Source of the DNA: a virus
DNA length: 64,000 nt
Virus record (IMG/VR): IMGVR_UViG_3300032236_001232
Location: 1 to 64,000 of that record
Reading direction: 5' to 3' (one strand)
Part shown: positions 36,662 to 46,315 of the stretch, in pieces
Layout of the letters: every line of letters begins with the position of its first letter
Numbering within the stretch: position 1 is the first letter of the stretch
The notes under the pieces: model-generated
Told to the model about the DNA's origin: nothing
Seen by the model: only the letters and a program-made list of their open reading frames with translations
The model's database searches: none
Program-made: the position numbers and the translations under genes

Positions 36662-37588
36662 TTATGAACTCATCAACAATTGTTTTAAATCTATAATCGA
36701 TATTTGTTCTATTTTTCCATTTGGCCATTTAACAGATATGATAGAATTTCCAGTAATACATTCGTGCTCTCGCCTAAATCGTTCTTCACCAATACGACTG
36801 CGTTCAACTTCGGCCCATTCTTCGTTTCGTTCAGGATGTTCGCTCCAATGTGCTTTGAATGGGAAGAATCCATTCTTACCTGTTTCTGTAGTATTTCCAT
36901 GTTCGTCAAATCGTTTATTGGCTTCGTGCCAGATCTGCGCAAACTGGTCTTCATCACTGTTAGGGGTTGATGTAATAATGGCCTTACCACCAGTGGCCAG
37001 TGTAGGACTAATGGAGGTCCAGAATTCACTGGCAATGTTAGGCGGCACGAACGCAAACTCGTCTGCGTATAGTAGTGATAAACTCATACCCCGGCCAGTT
37101 GTTTCTGTAGTAGTCTGTGCTACAATACGACTGCCGTTATCAAACTCAATACTTTGTTTATTATAACTGGTGCAACCTGCACGAATATGATCAGGACATA
37201 ATTCATAAGCATAACGAACACGCAACATAATCTCTTGAGCACCTGTGTGTTTGTGTGCTGCTACCAGTATGGTGCTGTTATCTACAAACATAGCATACCA
37301 CAGTAGATAACCGGCTGCTGTTGTAGTTTTACCTGTTTGTCTTGGTAGTAGATTTACATTAAATCTATGATCGTGATAACTGTCAATCAGTCTGCGTTGA
37401 TAATCAAATGCTTCGTATTTTAGTTTACCCTTCACCGGATGCTGAATGAAGAAAAAATTGTCTAAGAAGTAATGCGGCCCGTTGACAGGGTCCTTACACT
37501 TCGCCAGTTCTTCAATCATCTGTTCAGTGTATTGAATCTGACTGTGTGGTGTTTTAACCAGTTTATATTCGTTTTCTTTCTTGGCCAT
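36662..37588 (-). CDS. terL: terminase large subunit N-terminal (ATPase) half fused to split-intein N fragment (IntN, 32 aa)
   Basis: PRQTGKT, LLYADEFAF, ITSTPN, FRREHE|CITGNSIISVKWPNGKIEQISIIDLKQLLMSS*. Confidence 0.92.
   Translation of the reverse strand: MAKKENEYKLVKTPHSQIQYTEQMIEELAKCKDPVNGPHYFLDNFFFIQHPVKGKLKYEAFDYQRRLIDSYHDHRFNVNLLPRQTGKTTTAAGYLLWYAMFVDNSTILVAAHKHTGAQEIMLRVRYAYELCPDHIRAGCTSYNKQSIEFDNGSRIVAQTTTETTGRGMSLSLLYADEFAFVPPNIASEFWTSISPTLATGGKAIITSTPNSDEDQFAQIWHEANKRFDEHGNTTETGKNGFFPFKAHWSEHPERNEEWAEVERSRIGEERFRREHECITGNSIISVKWPNGKIEQISIIDLKQLLMSS
36665..36760 (-). other. split intein N-fragment coding region
   Basis: block A C1-ITGNS.I.V...G....I.I.DL then stop. Confidence 0.85.
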
Positions 37589-37602
37589 AATTTTATTTAC
37601 AT

Positions 37603-37628
37603 AAAAAAAGCCTCCGAAGAGGCTTTTT
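37603..37628 (-). terminator. intrinsic terminator with UUCG loop
   Basis: minus strand aaaaagcctc-TTCG-gaggcttttttt. Confidence 0.9.
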
Positions 37629-37647
37629 GGTTAAGTTGGGTTAACTG

Positions 37648-38502
37648 TTAACGAGTCTCAGTCACGAACTGTTTCCAGTCTGCCATTAACTGCTCTTCCA
37701 TAGTGGCAAATGCTTTAGGCTTATCGCCGTCCATACGATCACCTTGACCAGGTTGATTCTCACGATGTGCGAATTCATTAGCATCAAAGGGTGCAGGTGG
37801 TTCTGGATCTGCTGGACTATTATCATACATGCCTTCGTCGGCTTCTTCCTCGTCGTCCATTTCCTCATCGCCCATGTCTGGATTCATTTTGTCCATTACA
37901 CTGCGCATCATTTCGCCGTTGCTATGATCGTGATCAAGATCCATAGAAGGTTCGGCAGTTAAAATTGCTGGTTCATGTTCTATGCCTAGATGTGCTGGTT
38001 CAACTTGATGAACACCGGCCAGTTTCATAATGTCTGCTAGCATACCACTGAGTTCAGGACCACTGTTGGCTGTCATGGAAATACTGGCAGGAGTATGTGT
38101 TTGTCCACCCATGCCCGGCATAGGCATCATGCCACATTCTGCTAGGTCTAAACTTTCACTTACGGCAGTTTGATCCATTGTATCGGCAGCAGCAGTCGGG
38201 GCCACAGCAGCAGGGGCAGCACTGGTTTTAAGATAGTTAGGATTCTTTTTTTCAAATTCTTCTGGACTTAGCACAGGAACAGGACGACCGGTAGCATCAA
38301 CCGGAGCACCTTTACCGTTGGCATCTCTCCACTGTTGGTCAGCAACTCGTTTGTTTAATTGCTGCTCATATGGTGTGCCACGATATTTCTGTTGCATAGC
38401 CTGCAATTGTTGTAAGGCAGGACTAGCCTGGCCTTCGCGAATTATATTGGGATTGCCGGCGTCTAATTCGGCCAATCTTTTCATTAGATCGATCATCTGC
38501 AT
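37648..38502 (-). CDS. hypothetical acidic head-associated protein
   Basis: MIDLMKRLAELD N-term, IMKLAGV motif; SD AAGGA. Confidence 0.75.
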   Translation of the reverse strand: MQMIDLMKRLAELDAGNPNIIREGQASPALQQLQAMQQKYRGTPYEQQLNKRVADQQWRDANGKGAPVDATGRPVPVLSPEEFEKKNPNYLKTSAAPAAVAPTAAADTMDQTAVSESLDLAECGMMPMPGMGGQTHTPASISMTANSGPELSGMLADIMKLAGVHQVEPAHLGIEHEPAILTAEPSMDLDHDHSNGEMMRSVMDKMNPDMGDEEMDDEEEADEGMYDNSPADPEPPAPFDANEFAHRENQPGQGDRMDGDKPKAFATMEEQLMADWKQFVTETR

Positions 38503-38506
38503 AATT

Positions 38507-39094
38507 TTATTTCCTTGGATCGGGAGCAGTTTTTAAAATACTGGCCGTGTTGCCTTCGCTATCGGTGCTGTATTTAACAGTGCTTTCTGTAGGGATCTGT
38601 TCACCTCTAGCCTTACGCTCTAGTTTTAGTAGATCATTTAACTCTTTAACAAAACCACTGTTATATTTGTCGCCATAATAATCTTCAAACTGAGGACTTC
38701 CTGCTTCTTTATAATCGGGATCATTTAGTAGCGCACCCTCACGCTGCTCAACTGGTTCCTGGTATTCTTCACTGGGCTCACCTGGACGACGCACAACCAA
38801 ACGCTGTTTACCACATCCAAGTTCTGCACTGAGATATTCAGTCAGTTCATATTGTGTTGTAGGATAGTCCAGTGTAACTTCGTAGATATTAACCTCAGCA
38901 TTTTTAACATGAGGAAAATCTAGTGGTAACTCTTGAATAGGTGTTTTAGCAGTTTTCTTGAAACCACTGAGCGTATATCTACCCAATAGTGACTTCAGTT
39001 GATCTTCTTGGTCAGGGGTGATATCACCGGCGATTTTAACACGAAAATCGTATTGTTTTTTACTTTCAGAAAGGTAGGCTTTGAATGATTTCAT
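38507..39094 (-). CDS. hypothetical protein with capsid-targeting-like N-terminus
   Basis: MKSFKAYLSE resembles the T4 CTS; TAAATA 39108-39103. Confidence 0.75.
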   Translation of the reverse strand: MKSFKAYLSESKKQYDFRVKIAGDITPDQEDQLKSLLGRYTLSGFKKTAKTPIQELPLDFPHVKNAEVNIYEVTLDYPTTQYELTEYLSAELGCGKQRLVVRRPGEPSEEYQEPVEQREGALLNDPDYKEAGSPQFEDYYGDKYNSGFVKELNDLLKLERKARGEQIPTESTVKYSTDSEGNTASILKTAPDPRK

Positions 39095-39101
39095 AGTGTA
39101 G

Positions 39102-39581
39102 TTATTTATTAAGATTCTTAAGTTTTTCTAAGATGCTATTGCGATCGGTTAAAATATAGCCCTCGCCCTCTACAGTAGCACTCTCTCCACCGTGTTTTTT
39201 CTCTATGGCTAACTTCTTCAACTGCAGATCTACCATCTTTAGTTTTTTATCAATCTTGTTAGTCTTGGCTGTGATGGCAGCATTCATCATTTGTGCTGCT
39301 ACTTCAAACATACGAGCACCAAACCGTGGATCTACATTCATTCCTAGATCCATTAGATCGTCATAGGCCTGTTCTGCCTTATTTGCCAATGCGTCTAATT
39401 CGGCATCACTGACATCACCTAGCCCCTTTACTCTGGGCAATGCGGCGGCAATTTTATCAAATTCTTCTAAGCGATCTTCCAAACTGATCACAGGGGTTGG
39501 GACAGGTTTAACATCCTTAGGATCCATATAAGGAGTATTATCAGGTTCGATGTTCAAAATTTCTTCTAATCTTTTAGTCAT
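39102..39581 (-). CDS. terS: probable terminase small subunit (gp16-like)
   Basis: helical 159 aa with R.FEVA.QMM segment; near terL and gp4. Confidence 0.6.
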   Translation of the reverse strand: MTKRLEEILNIEPDNTPYMDPKDVKPVPTPVISLEDRLEEFDKIAAALPRVKGLGDVSDAELDALANKAEQAYDDLMDLGMNVDPRFGARMFEVAAQMMNAAITAKTNKIDKKLKMVDLQLKKLAIEKKHGGESATVEGEGYILTDRNSILEKLKNLNK

Positions 39582-39589
39582 AATTTTAA

Positions 39590-40036
39590 TTATCTCTTTT
39601 TATTTGGGTTCCCAACAAAAAGGTCGTGCTCATTAATTACCCTAAATTTAATACCCTGCTGTTTACAGAATTGAGTAGCAGCAGCCCACTTGGCTTGATT
39701 TTTAACAAACTGTGCTTGGTTATAGGGATTTTTTCCTACACGTTCTTTTATCATTTGATTAGCTGGTTTAATCTCTACCATTTCCACATGTTTTGTTTGA
39801 TTACGATCTATGTAGGATATTAGAAAGTCTGGAACATAAACAGTTTGTTTACCAGTTAGTGGGTCACGATAGGGTATTTTTACTGGTTCACTGGACCATT
39901 GTTGAACTGCAGGATTGTTGTCGCAGAACATGCAGAAGGTGGTTTCCCAACTGCTGCGACAGTATGGCAGTTTAGACCCAACATATTTTTCAGGATTCTT
40001 GGGTGTAAATATGCCTTGAGCAAATTTTAAACTCAT
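39590..40036 (-). CDS. gp4: head completion nuclease (T4 gp4-like)
   Basis: F.PKNPEKY.G...RSSWE...CD.NP...WSSE...IPY...Y.PDF...EIKP...NQAKW.AA. Confidence 0.9.
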   Translation of the reverse strand: MSLKFAQGIFTPKNPEKYVGSKLPYCRSSWETTFCMFCDNNPAVQQWSSEPVKIPYRDPLTGKQTVYVPDFLISYIDRNQTKHVEMVEIKPANQMIKERVGKNPYNQAQFVKNQAKWAAATQFCKQQGIKFRVINEHDLFVGNPNKKR

Positions 40037-40407
40037 GGTAGGATATTTCTTGCTACCTCAAAGTTGGGTTCAAACGCTAAACCATATCCTAAAAAACTCG
40101 TCTTTATTCTGTTGTTATTAACTATCTCTGATACTAGCGCACTGATTTCGACGTTGTCTAATCCTTTTAGAGTATCTAATATTTCCATAGGATTATAGCC
40201 GTCTTTTTTTGCTTGTTTAATTATAACAACAACTACAGATTCAGCAGCACTGGGTTCAAATCCCCTGCCGGTGAAGAATGATTTCATTGCTTCAAATGTG
40301 TTGTTATCTAGTTCAAGGGGTTTTTCGTAGTAGGTATCAAAAGCCAGAACAGTGGAGTTTTGATTGGCGGTAGACTTTAAGGGAAGATTGCTATAGATAT
40401 TTGACAT
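40033..40407 (-). CDS. hypothetical protein
   Basis: ORF, ATGA overlap with gp4. Confidence 0.75.
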   Translation of the reverse strand: MSNIYSNLPLKSTANQNSTVLAFDTYYEKPLELDNNTFEAMKSFFTGRGFEPSAAESVVVVIIKQAKKDGYNPMEILDTLKGLDNVEISALVSEIVNNNRIKTSFLGYGLAFEPNFEVARNILP

Positions 40408-40410
40408 ATT

Positions 40411-41511
40411 TTATGTTCTTGGAAATGTTACAGCTCGTGCCTTGGTAAAAACTTCTTGTACTGTTGTCCCAGCAATGGTTAACCCAGTATTGATATCGTT
40501 TTTTACACTACCGGGTTGATTACCCGATGATGATATATTACTCAGCGCCCCGGATAATATACTGTAGCCTTCTTGTCTTAGACCGGCTTTGTTAAACTGA
40601 CTAACACTTTTTACCAGATCCTTAGTCTGTAGTGCTACACCTAAATAATCTAATGGAGTTTTGGCATTGGCCAGTGTCCCATCTTCGCCAAAAATAGAAT
40701 CTGCTCCAGCAATGGCTCCTAATACACCGCCGCCGGTTCTTAATGGACTAGGGGCATTGTCGTAATAAACAGCAGAAAATTTTCCAGAAGCATCATTTTT
40801 CTTTATTTTGCCTTGCCTGTATACAACAGCTTCATATGCCAAATTCATTTTATTGGTAAGTATTTTACCAGATTCTTCTTGACTTAAACTGTCGTGTGTC
40901 CAGTCGGATATTTTTGGATTGAGTAATGTAAACTGTGTAAATCTTTTTTTATGTAATACAAAAATATCTATACTATCAAAAAAGTTTTTATTTTGAAAAT
41001 TATCCAATCCGTATGCATAATCAGTGATGCCATATTTTGTATCAGAAAATTCTAATACCGTTCCATCTGCTGCTCGTGCTTGTCCATACTTGCCATCGAA
41101 GTAGTAATAGTTATAATAGTTCTTCCAGAGATTTGTAGTTGCATCGCCGTTATCGTCATGGAAATCAATACTAACTTCGCTATATGTCATCTTGGTTTGA
41201 ACAACTGTTTTTCTGTTATACTGATTAAGTGTTTCAGTATTGATCTTAAATTTAGGGAGATCAACTCTTTTAGCTAGAAATCCAATGTCGTTAAGACCTC
41301 TTGTTATATATGTAGGATCTAATTTATTAATAATATCTTTATTAACATTAAAATTTACAAAATATAAGAATCCTACCTTAGGGGACCGATCGTAATTATT
41401 TTGAACATATAAACGATTAGCATGTTGGTAGTCTCTAAGATCACCATCATACCCGCCGCCGAGGATTCCGGTTGCTACATTACCGAGAAAATTTGTAAAT
41501 GCGTTACTCAT
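40411..41511 (-). CDS. tail-tube-fold baseplate protein (gp48/gp54-like)
   Basis: K.VDLPKF...NQYNRK...I.FHDD...L.NP.I..W.HD.L; follows the tube gene. Confidence 0.65.
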   Translation of the reverse strand: MSNAFTNFLGNVATGILGGGYDGDLRDYQHANRLYVQNNYDRSPKVGFLYFVNFNVNKDIINKLDPTYITRGLNDIGFLAKRVDLPKFKINTETLNQYNRKTVVQTKMTYSEVSIDFHDDNGDATTNLWKNYYNYYYFDGKYGQARAADGTVLEFSDTKYGITDYAYGLDNFQNKNFFDSIDIFVLHKKRFTQFTLLNPKISDWTHDSLSQEESGKILTNKMNLAYEAVVYRQGKIKKNDASGKFSAVYYDNAPSPLRTGGGVLGAIAGADSIFGEDGTLANAKTPLDYLGVALQTKDLVKSVSQFNKAGLRQEGYSILSGALSNISSSGNQPGSVKNDINTGLTIAGTTVQEVFTKARAVTFPRT

Positions 41512-41529
41512 GCTAATATTTAGCCAAAT

Positions 41530-41557
41530 AAAAAGGCCTGGTTTTTAAGCCAGGCCT
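41530..41557 (-). terminator. intrinsic terminator after tail tube gene
   Basis: AGGCCTGG stem followed by TTTTT on minus strand. Confidence 0.8.
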
Positions 41558-41577
41558 GGGTTGATAAAAGCGGTTTA

Positions 41578-42213
41578 TTAGCCGCCTAGTGCTAATGTGC
41601 GGATTGTGCGTCCTACATCTACACCTAGTCCAGTGCGATCTCCACCTGGACGATTTAGTTGGATAGCATTATCGTAGGTGATGGTTAGTGAAATATCCAT
41701 TGGATCGTTACTACCATAATCCCCACCTTGATATTGAGCCTGTTTAATAAAGCATCCTAAGAATTCAAAACTTTCTAAACTAGTTGGTTCGTAAGCACCG
41801 TTACCACCGTCAGTAATTTCAACACGCATTCTAAACTTGTAATCAACACCGGATGCTGCGCCACTTTGCTCATAGAAATCAAACTGTTTCTGTAGTTGCT
41901 CGCCGACTTTTCTAGTAACTGCTCCAGTGACATCGTCACGTAGAACCACTTTGGTATCCGCAAAACTATGACGACCTGCTAGCTTAACAGTGCTGTTATA
42001 AACTTTGAGAGAAATTTGCTCAAAGCTCACATCAGGTCTTCCTGCGTTCATAACCTGTTTTGTCATTTCTGTGCTGGGTGCGCCGGCAACTCCGAAGTTA
42101 TCGAACGTAACACGAAAACGATATTTCAGTTTCGGCATCAACAAACCTTGAGTATTGCTACTCTGGTTTGTCGATAAAGGCACTGTAAATCTATTTAAAC
42201 TTGCGATTGGCAT
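41578..42213 (-). CDS. gp19: tail tube protein (gp19-like)
   Basis: PKLKYRFRV...RP.VSF...KLAG...LRDD...GCF...I.YDNA; directly after sheath. Confidence 0.85.
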   Translation of the reverse strand: MPIASLNRFTVPLSTNQSSNTQGLLMPKLKYRFRVTFDNFGVAGAPSTEMTKQVMNAGRPDVSFEQISLKVYNSTVKLAGRHSFADTKVVLRDDVTGAVTRKVGEQLQKQFDFYEQSGAASGVDYKFRMRVEITDGGNGAYEPTSLESFEFLGCFIKQAQYQGGDYGSNDPMDISLTITYDNAIQLNRPGGDRTGLGVDVGRTIRTLALGG

Positions 42214-42245
42214 CTGGATGCTCCTTTATTCTTATTATTTACCTA

Positions 42246-45230
42246 TTATTTCCCGGCAGCAATTTCACCAGTATTCTTAATTCTCAATGGAATGTAGATG
42301 AATTCCACAGCTTTAACTGGTTCAATAGCAATATCCATATACAACTCACTGCGGTCAATTCTCGCAGGAGTATTGTTTGAAGTGTCACAAACAACAATAA
42401 AGTCATATAGAGCACGTTGACCTACTAGCTCGATCAATAGACTTTCAGCAGCAGCTTTAATTTCTCTACGTGTCTGAGCATCGTTTGGTTCAAACAAGAA
42501 TGGCTTAGCTAATATAGACAACTGTCTTCTCAAGTAAGCTACCAATCTAACCACATTGATACGATCTAGCGCACTGGCTACACTGGCACGGGTCTGTTGA
42601 CCAAAGTTAACTAGTCCAACGCCAGGTAATGTAGCGATAGGATTAATAGCAATCTTGTCAGTTGGGTTTTGTAACACATCTCTCAATGCTTGATATATTG
42701 CCGCTGTTTTAAACTCGCCTTCACCTGTAATGTATCCTACGGATGTAGCATTGTCGACGCCGCCCCGGCGTGTCCCTGCTGGTGCAAACCATGGATAACT
42801 CTTAGCATCACTATTGGTAATAGTGCGTAGCATCATATGACTTGCTGGCACAACAATATTCTTGCCTGTATTATCTGTGGTATAACCACTAGGATAGAAT
42901 ACACCTAAATATTCATTATGTGTAACTAACCCGTCCTCGCCATTGTCATACGCATTAGCAGTATTTTTACCCCATGCTGCTAGATCAGTGGCATTGGGTG
43001 CCAATCTAAATGGTGTATCACCGACTACAAATGCTGTTTGACCGATATCTGTGTTAAACGCAACCATGTTAGCAATGGCCTCTGGATATCCAGGCGTAGC
43101 AATCAAGTTGAAGGTCAATGTATCTGTATCTCTAATTGCGGTGTTAGCATCAATGAAAGACTTTAAGCCGTCAACTACAAATTTTCTCTGTGCTAGACGA
43201 CCAAATACTCCACTGCCATCCTCATTGGTGCCACTAACACAGGTCCAACGATTTGGATTGTATCCGGACATGCTGTCATTATTGTGTCTAATATTATTAG
43301 CTGTTGTATCTATCGCACCTCTCATGTATTCTTTTACATTATATCCCGAGCGGCGTAGATTCCATAGTCTGATACCTTTTGGATATAACGCAGGATCTGG
43401 ACAATCTGGATCAACATAATTGCTGGACAATAGATTTACGATAGTTGCCGGATCTTCATCGGCACCTGCTGTGCTCCACCGAGCATTGGCAAACACCCAC
43501 CCGTCTGGACTGGTTTGATCTGTAGTATCCTGTAGATTCCACATCTTCGAATCGGCATCATAAACATATACATCTTTACCATATCTATCTGTGTCGGCTG
43601 TGCTAACCCAAATGTCATTAGTAACAAGAGCATTTCCGTTACTTTGTGTTGTTGGTTCGATAGCAGACACAATAGGACCAGCTGGATCAGTGGTAGGATA
43701 AGCATTTAAGTACCCAGACCAATTGGTTCCAGTATGGACCATAATATCAACTTCGCCTAAGTTAACATCGTACCAAAGTTTTCCATCTGCTGGATCAGTA
43801 TATGGAGCGGTAGTCTTGGCCTGATAGCCCAATGGCTTCCAATTAGAAGCTAGGAAATCAAATGCGCTATCCGGTGAAGCATATACATTGGTTATTGTGC
43901 TGGTGTTAATACTAGAATTGGCTAATGGTGTTCCGGCGCCATCTTTATATTCAAAATCACCACCTAGTAAGTGACTGATTGTTAATTTATTGGTAGTATC
44001 ATTATAGGAAGCAGAGATGTTAGTCAATGTTGAAGCAATAATAGCTGTTGCAGCATTTTTAGCAACGCTGTTCTTTGCCCCAGTTGTCCACGGAGCAACC
44101 GTAATCTCTACAGTAGGTCCCCAGCTTGTGCCACTGGCTAATGTTTCTCTAATCGTGAATTTTTGTGTAGCCGCACTGCTGGTTGTAGTTACTGCAGGAC
44201 TGGTTACAACAGTAGCACCGGATCCGTTGCGTTTCCATAATTTAAAGTTGGCAACAGGGTTAGTTGCGTGATCGTAGTTGGACTCGATAAACAGTGTGCC
44301 TACTGCTATGTTTTTACCACCACCAGTAAAGTCTAATTTTTGTAGGGCTTGTTGTGTGCTGGAATAGATAGCGGTAGATACTGTGCTCCAAGTTTGAGTT
44401 GAACCACTGTAATATTTTACACTCCAATTTGCTCCATTGCCAGGCGTGGTTGTTTTGACCCAAACACTACCTGTATGTGTAGCAGTAGAAGTGAAATCAG
44501 GATAGTCAGTGTGTGGACTGATTTTTAATGTTTTGTTAGTAAGGGTATTAGAAACATTTAACCAGGCAGTGCCGCCTACTACTTGCCAAGAAGAAGTGGA
44601 TCTATACCATAATGTATTTTCATTATCGGCTGTTACGACCATGGCATAATCACCAATCGCTTCATTGAGTCTTCCTTCAACCGGAGTCATGCCATCACTA
44701 GTTACAGTATCAACATTGGTATCATCAATGATTCGCGGAGTCTTGGCAACAAAGTCTCCCTTTCCACTCTTTAGTGTAGGATCCCATTCAAATACACCAT
44801 ATAGGCTATTTTCACTGTCAACCCAATATGTGCGATCAGCAGGGCTGCCTGTTGGAATACTAGTTGCTGGTTTTAGTTGTCCTAAATCAACATCGGCACG
44901 AGCAATGTAAGCACGTGAACTTACACCTAATAAACTATATGCCGCCTGCAAACCGTATTCGTTTAATTCGTTGCCGTGGATTGGATTCCCGGCAGTATCG
45001 GTATAAAACCTTGGAGTTCCAAATGTGTCTACCAAATCACGCTGACTTGTGATAACATATATCTTACCACTGTTTGCTGCTGTGGTACCCTGTGCAACTC
45101 CACCGCTTGGGGTAGTTTTATCTTGTGCTGTAGCAACGAATAAAATAGGAACGGTTCCCGGAGCAGCCGGAGTATAAAAACTCTCGTCGATTACTGTTAC
45201 GAGCGTGCCTGGTGATTGTAATGTAGCCAT
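42246..45230 (-). CDS. gp18: tail sheath protein (gp18-like, with large insertions)
   Basis: L.SPG..V.V.DES, YPWFAPAGTRRG, LDRINV.RL, FEPND, I.PVKAVEFIYI. Confidence 0.93.
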   Translation of the reverse strand: MATLQSPGTLVTVIDESFYTPAAPGTVPILFVATAQDKTTPSGGVAQGTTAANSGKIYVITSQRDLVDTFGTPRFYTDTAGNPIHGNELNEYGLQAAYSLLGVSSRAYIARADVDLGQLKPATSIPTGSPADRTYWVDSENSLYGVFEWDPTLKSGKGDFVAKTPRIIDDTNVDTVTSDGMTPVEGRLNEAIGDYAMVVTADNENTLWYRSTSSWQVVGGTAWLNVSNTLTNKTLKISPHTDYPDFTSTATHTGSVWVKTTTPGNGANWSVKYYSGSTQTWSTVSTAIYSSTQQALQKLDFTGGGKNIAVGTLFIESNYDHATNPVANFKLWKRNGSGATVVTSPAVTTTSSAATQKFTIRETLASGTSWGPTVEITVAPWTTGAKNSVAKNAATAIIASTLTNISASYNDTTNKLTISHLLGGDFEYKDGAGTPLANSSINTSTITNVYASPDSAFDFLASNWKPLGYQAKTTAPYTDPADGKLWYDVNLGEVDIMVHTGTNWSGYLNAYPTTDPAGPIVSAIEPTTQSNGNALVTNDIWVSTADTDRYGKDVYVYDADSKMWNLQDTTDQTSPDGWVFANARWSTAGADEDPATIVNLLSSNYVDPDCPDPALYPKGIRLWNLRRSGYNVKEYMRGAIDTTANNIRHNNDSMSGYNPNRWTCVSGTNEDGSGVFGRLAQRKFVVDGLKSFIDANTAIRDTDTLTFNLIATPGYPEAIANMVAFNTDIGQTAFVVGDTPFRLAPNATDLAAWGKNTANAYDNGEDGLVTHNEYLGVFYPSGYTTDNTGKNIVVPASHMMLRTITNSDAKSYPWFAPAGTRRGGVDNATSVGYITGEGEFKTAAIYQALRDVLQNPTDKIAINPIATLPGVGLVNFGQQTRASVASALDRINVVRLVAYLRRQLSILAKPFLFEPNDAQTRREIKAAAESLLIELVGQRALYDFIVVCDTSNNTPARIDRSELYMDIAIEPVKAVEFIYIPLRIKNTGEIAAGK

Positions 45231-45262
45231 TTGTATGATCTCCTGATGGATTTACTTTATAT

Positions 45263-45326
45263 TATTTAGCTACTAGATTAAAAAATCTCCAGGTTAAATA
45301 CACACGAAAAGGGCACAAAAAGGGCA
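45263..45326. promoter_or_regulatory. divergent late promoters plus AAAAGGGCA direct repeat
   Basis: minus TAAATA 45268-45263, plus TAAATA 45295-45300, repeats at 45307-45315 and 45318-45326. Confidence 0.6.
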
Positions 45327-45331
45327 GTCGT

Positions 45332-45667
45332 ATGCGTAAATTATGTAAGAAATGTCAGTCACGCCCGGTAGCTATTAACTATCGTAAAGAAGGGCGTGTC
45401 TTTTATAGAAGTCAATGCGACCACTGCGCTCGCGGTTTAGAAAAATCTAAACCACTGTGGGTGTTGTCAGGATATAAGAAAAAAGATCAGTGCGATCGAT
45501 GCGGGTTTAAGAGTCGCCATCCAGAAGTGTTTAATGTCTTTTATGTTGACGGCGACTTAACCAATAATAGAATTACTAATCTTAAAACAGTCTGTGCTAA
45601 CTGCCAGCGAACACTTCATCAAGACGGGGTGCGTTGGCGTCAGGGAGATTTGACTCCCGATTTTTAA
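45332..45667 (+). CDS. Zn-binding HNH-like protein, catalytic residues apparently lost
   Basis: four CxxC pairs; VFYVDGDLTNN...NL.TVCANCQ. Confidence 0.75.
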   Translation: MRKLCKKCQSRPVAINYRKEGRVFYRSQCDHCARGLEKSKPLWVLSGYKKKDQCDRCGFKSRHPEVFNVFYVDGDLTNNRITNLKTVCANCQRTLHQDGVRWRQGDLTPDF

Positions 45668-46292
45668 CTACAGATTCTAAAGCCGCAAATAGATCCGAAA
45701 TAGATCCATTGTTGTCAATTTCAAGGTCGATGGGTTGACCAATCCAGGAAGTTTCGCTAGCATGGATTCCTAGATCCTCTAAACATTTACGACCTATAGC
45801 CCACCCTATATTTCCATTTGGACCTTTATTGTAGCTTTCAGCATGATGATACCATTCGGGTTCTGGGCCGCGTTTAATCCTAATTACTTTTCCACCAGCA
45901 TTTTTAATTGCTGTAATTTCATTAGGAAAACGAACATCACTGATAACAATATTATCACGTGTTTTGCGCATTTTATTTTCTAAACTGGCAATCCAAATTT
46001 CGTCGTGGAATGCACCACGTAGAACTTCTGTGCCCCAATATTGTAGAATCCATCTAGGAGTAAGATTGGCAATTCCTAATCGCAATGACCACCAAGTATC
46101 GACCTGTTCTCGCCACTCTCTGGCTTCCTTGGTACGACCTTCTAGCAGTGTTCTATCCCATCCAAATACTGCTGCTACAGCATCTTTCAATGTGCTGGCA
46201 AAACTGTCTCGCCTAAATTGATGATAATTTACAAGGTAGTCTGCTGCTGTGTCCTTGCCTGCTGAGATAAATCCTACAAACCCGATGATCAT
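45597..46292 (-). CDS. deoxynucleoside monophosphate kinase (T4 gp1-like)
   Basis: IIG.VG...AGKDT, SFA..LK, TPR..LQ..GTE, ISDVRFPNE, HASE. Confidence 0.9.
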   Translation of the reverse strand: MIIGFVGFISAGKDTAADYLVNYHQFRRDSFASTLKDAVAAVFGWDRTLLEGRTKEAREWREQVDTWWSLRLGIANLTPRWILQYWGTEVLRGAFHDEIWIASLENKMRKTRDNIVISDVRFPNEITAIKNAGGKVIRIKRGPEPEWYHHAESYNKGPNGNIGWAIGRKCLEDLGIHASETSWIGQPIDLEIDNNGSISDLFAALESVVKNRESNLPDANAPRLDEVFAGS

Positions 46293-46315
46293 ATGCTCTC
46301 CCACTAGATAGTAAT

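Noticed and set aside
35952-36760. Group I intron or double frameshift explaining the terL interruption
   Set aside because: The flanks are intein blocks, the spacers leave no room for a ribozyme core, and both downstream ORFs have their own initiation signals. Not experimentally excluded.
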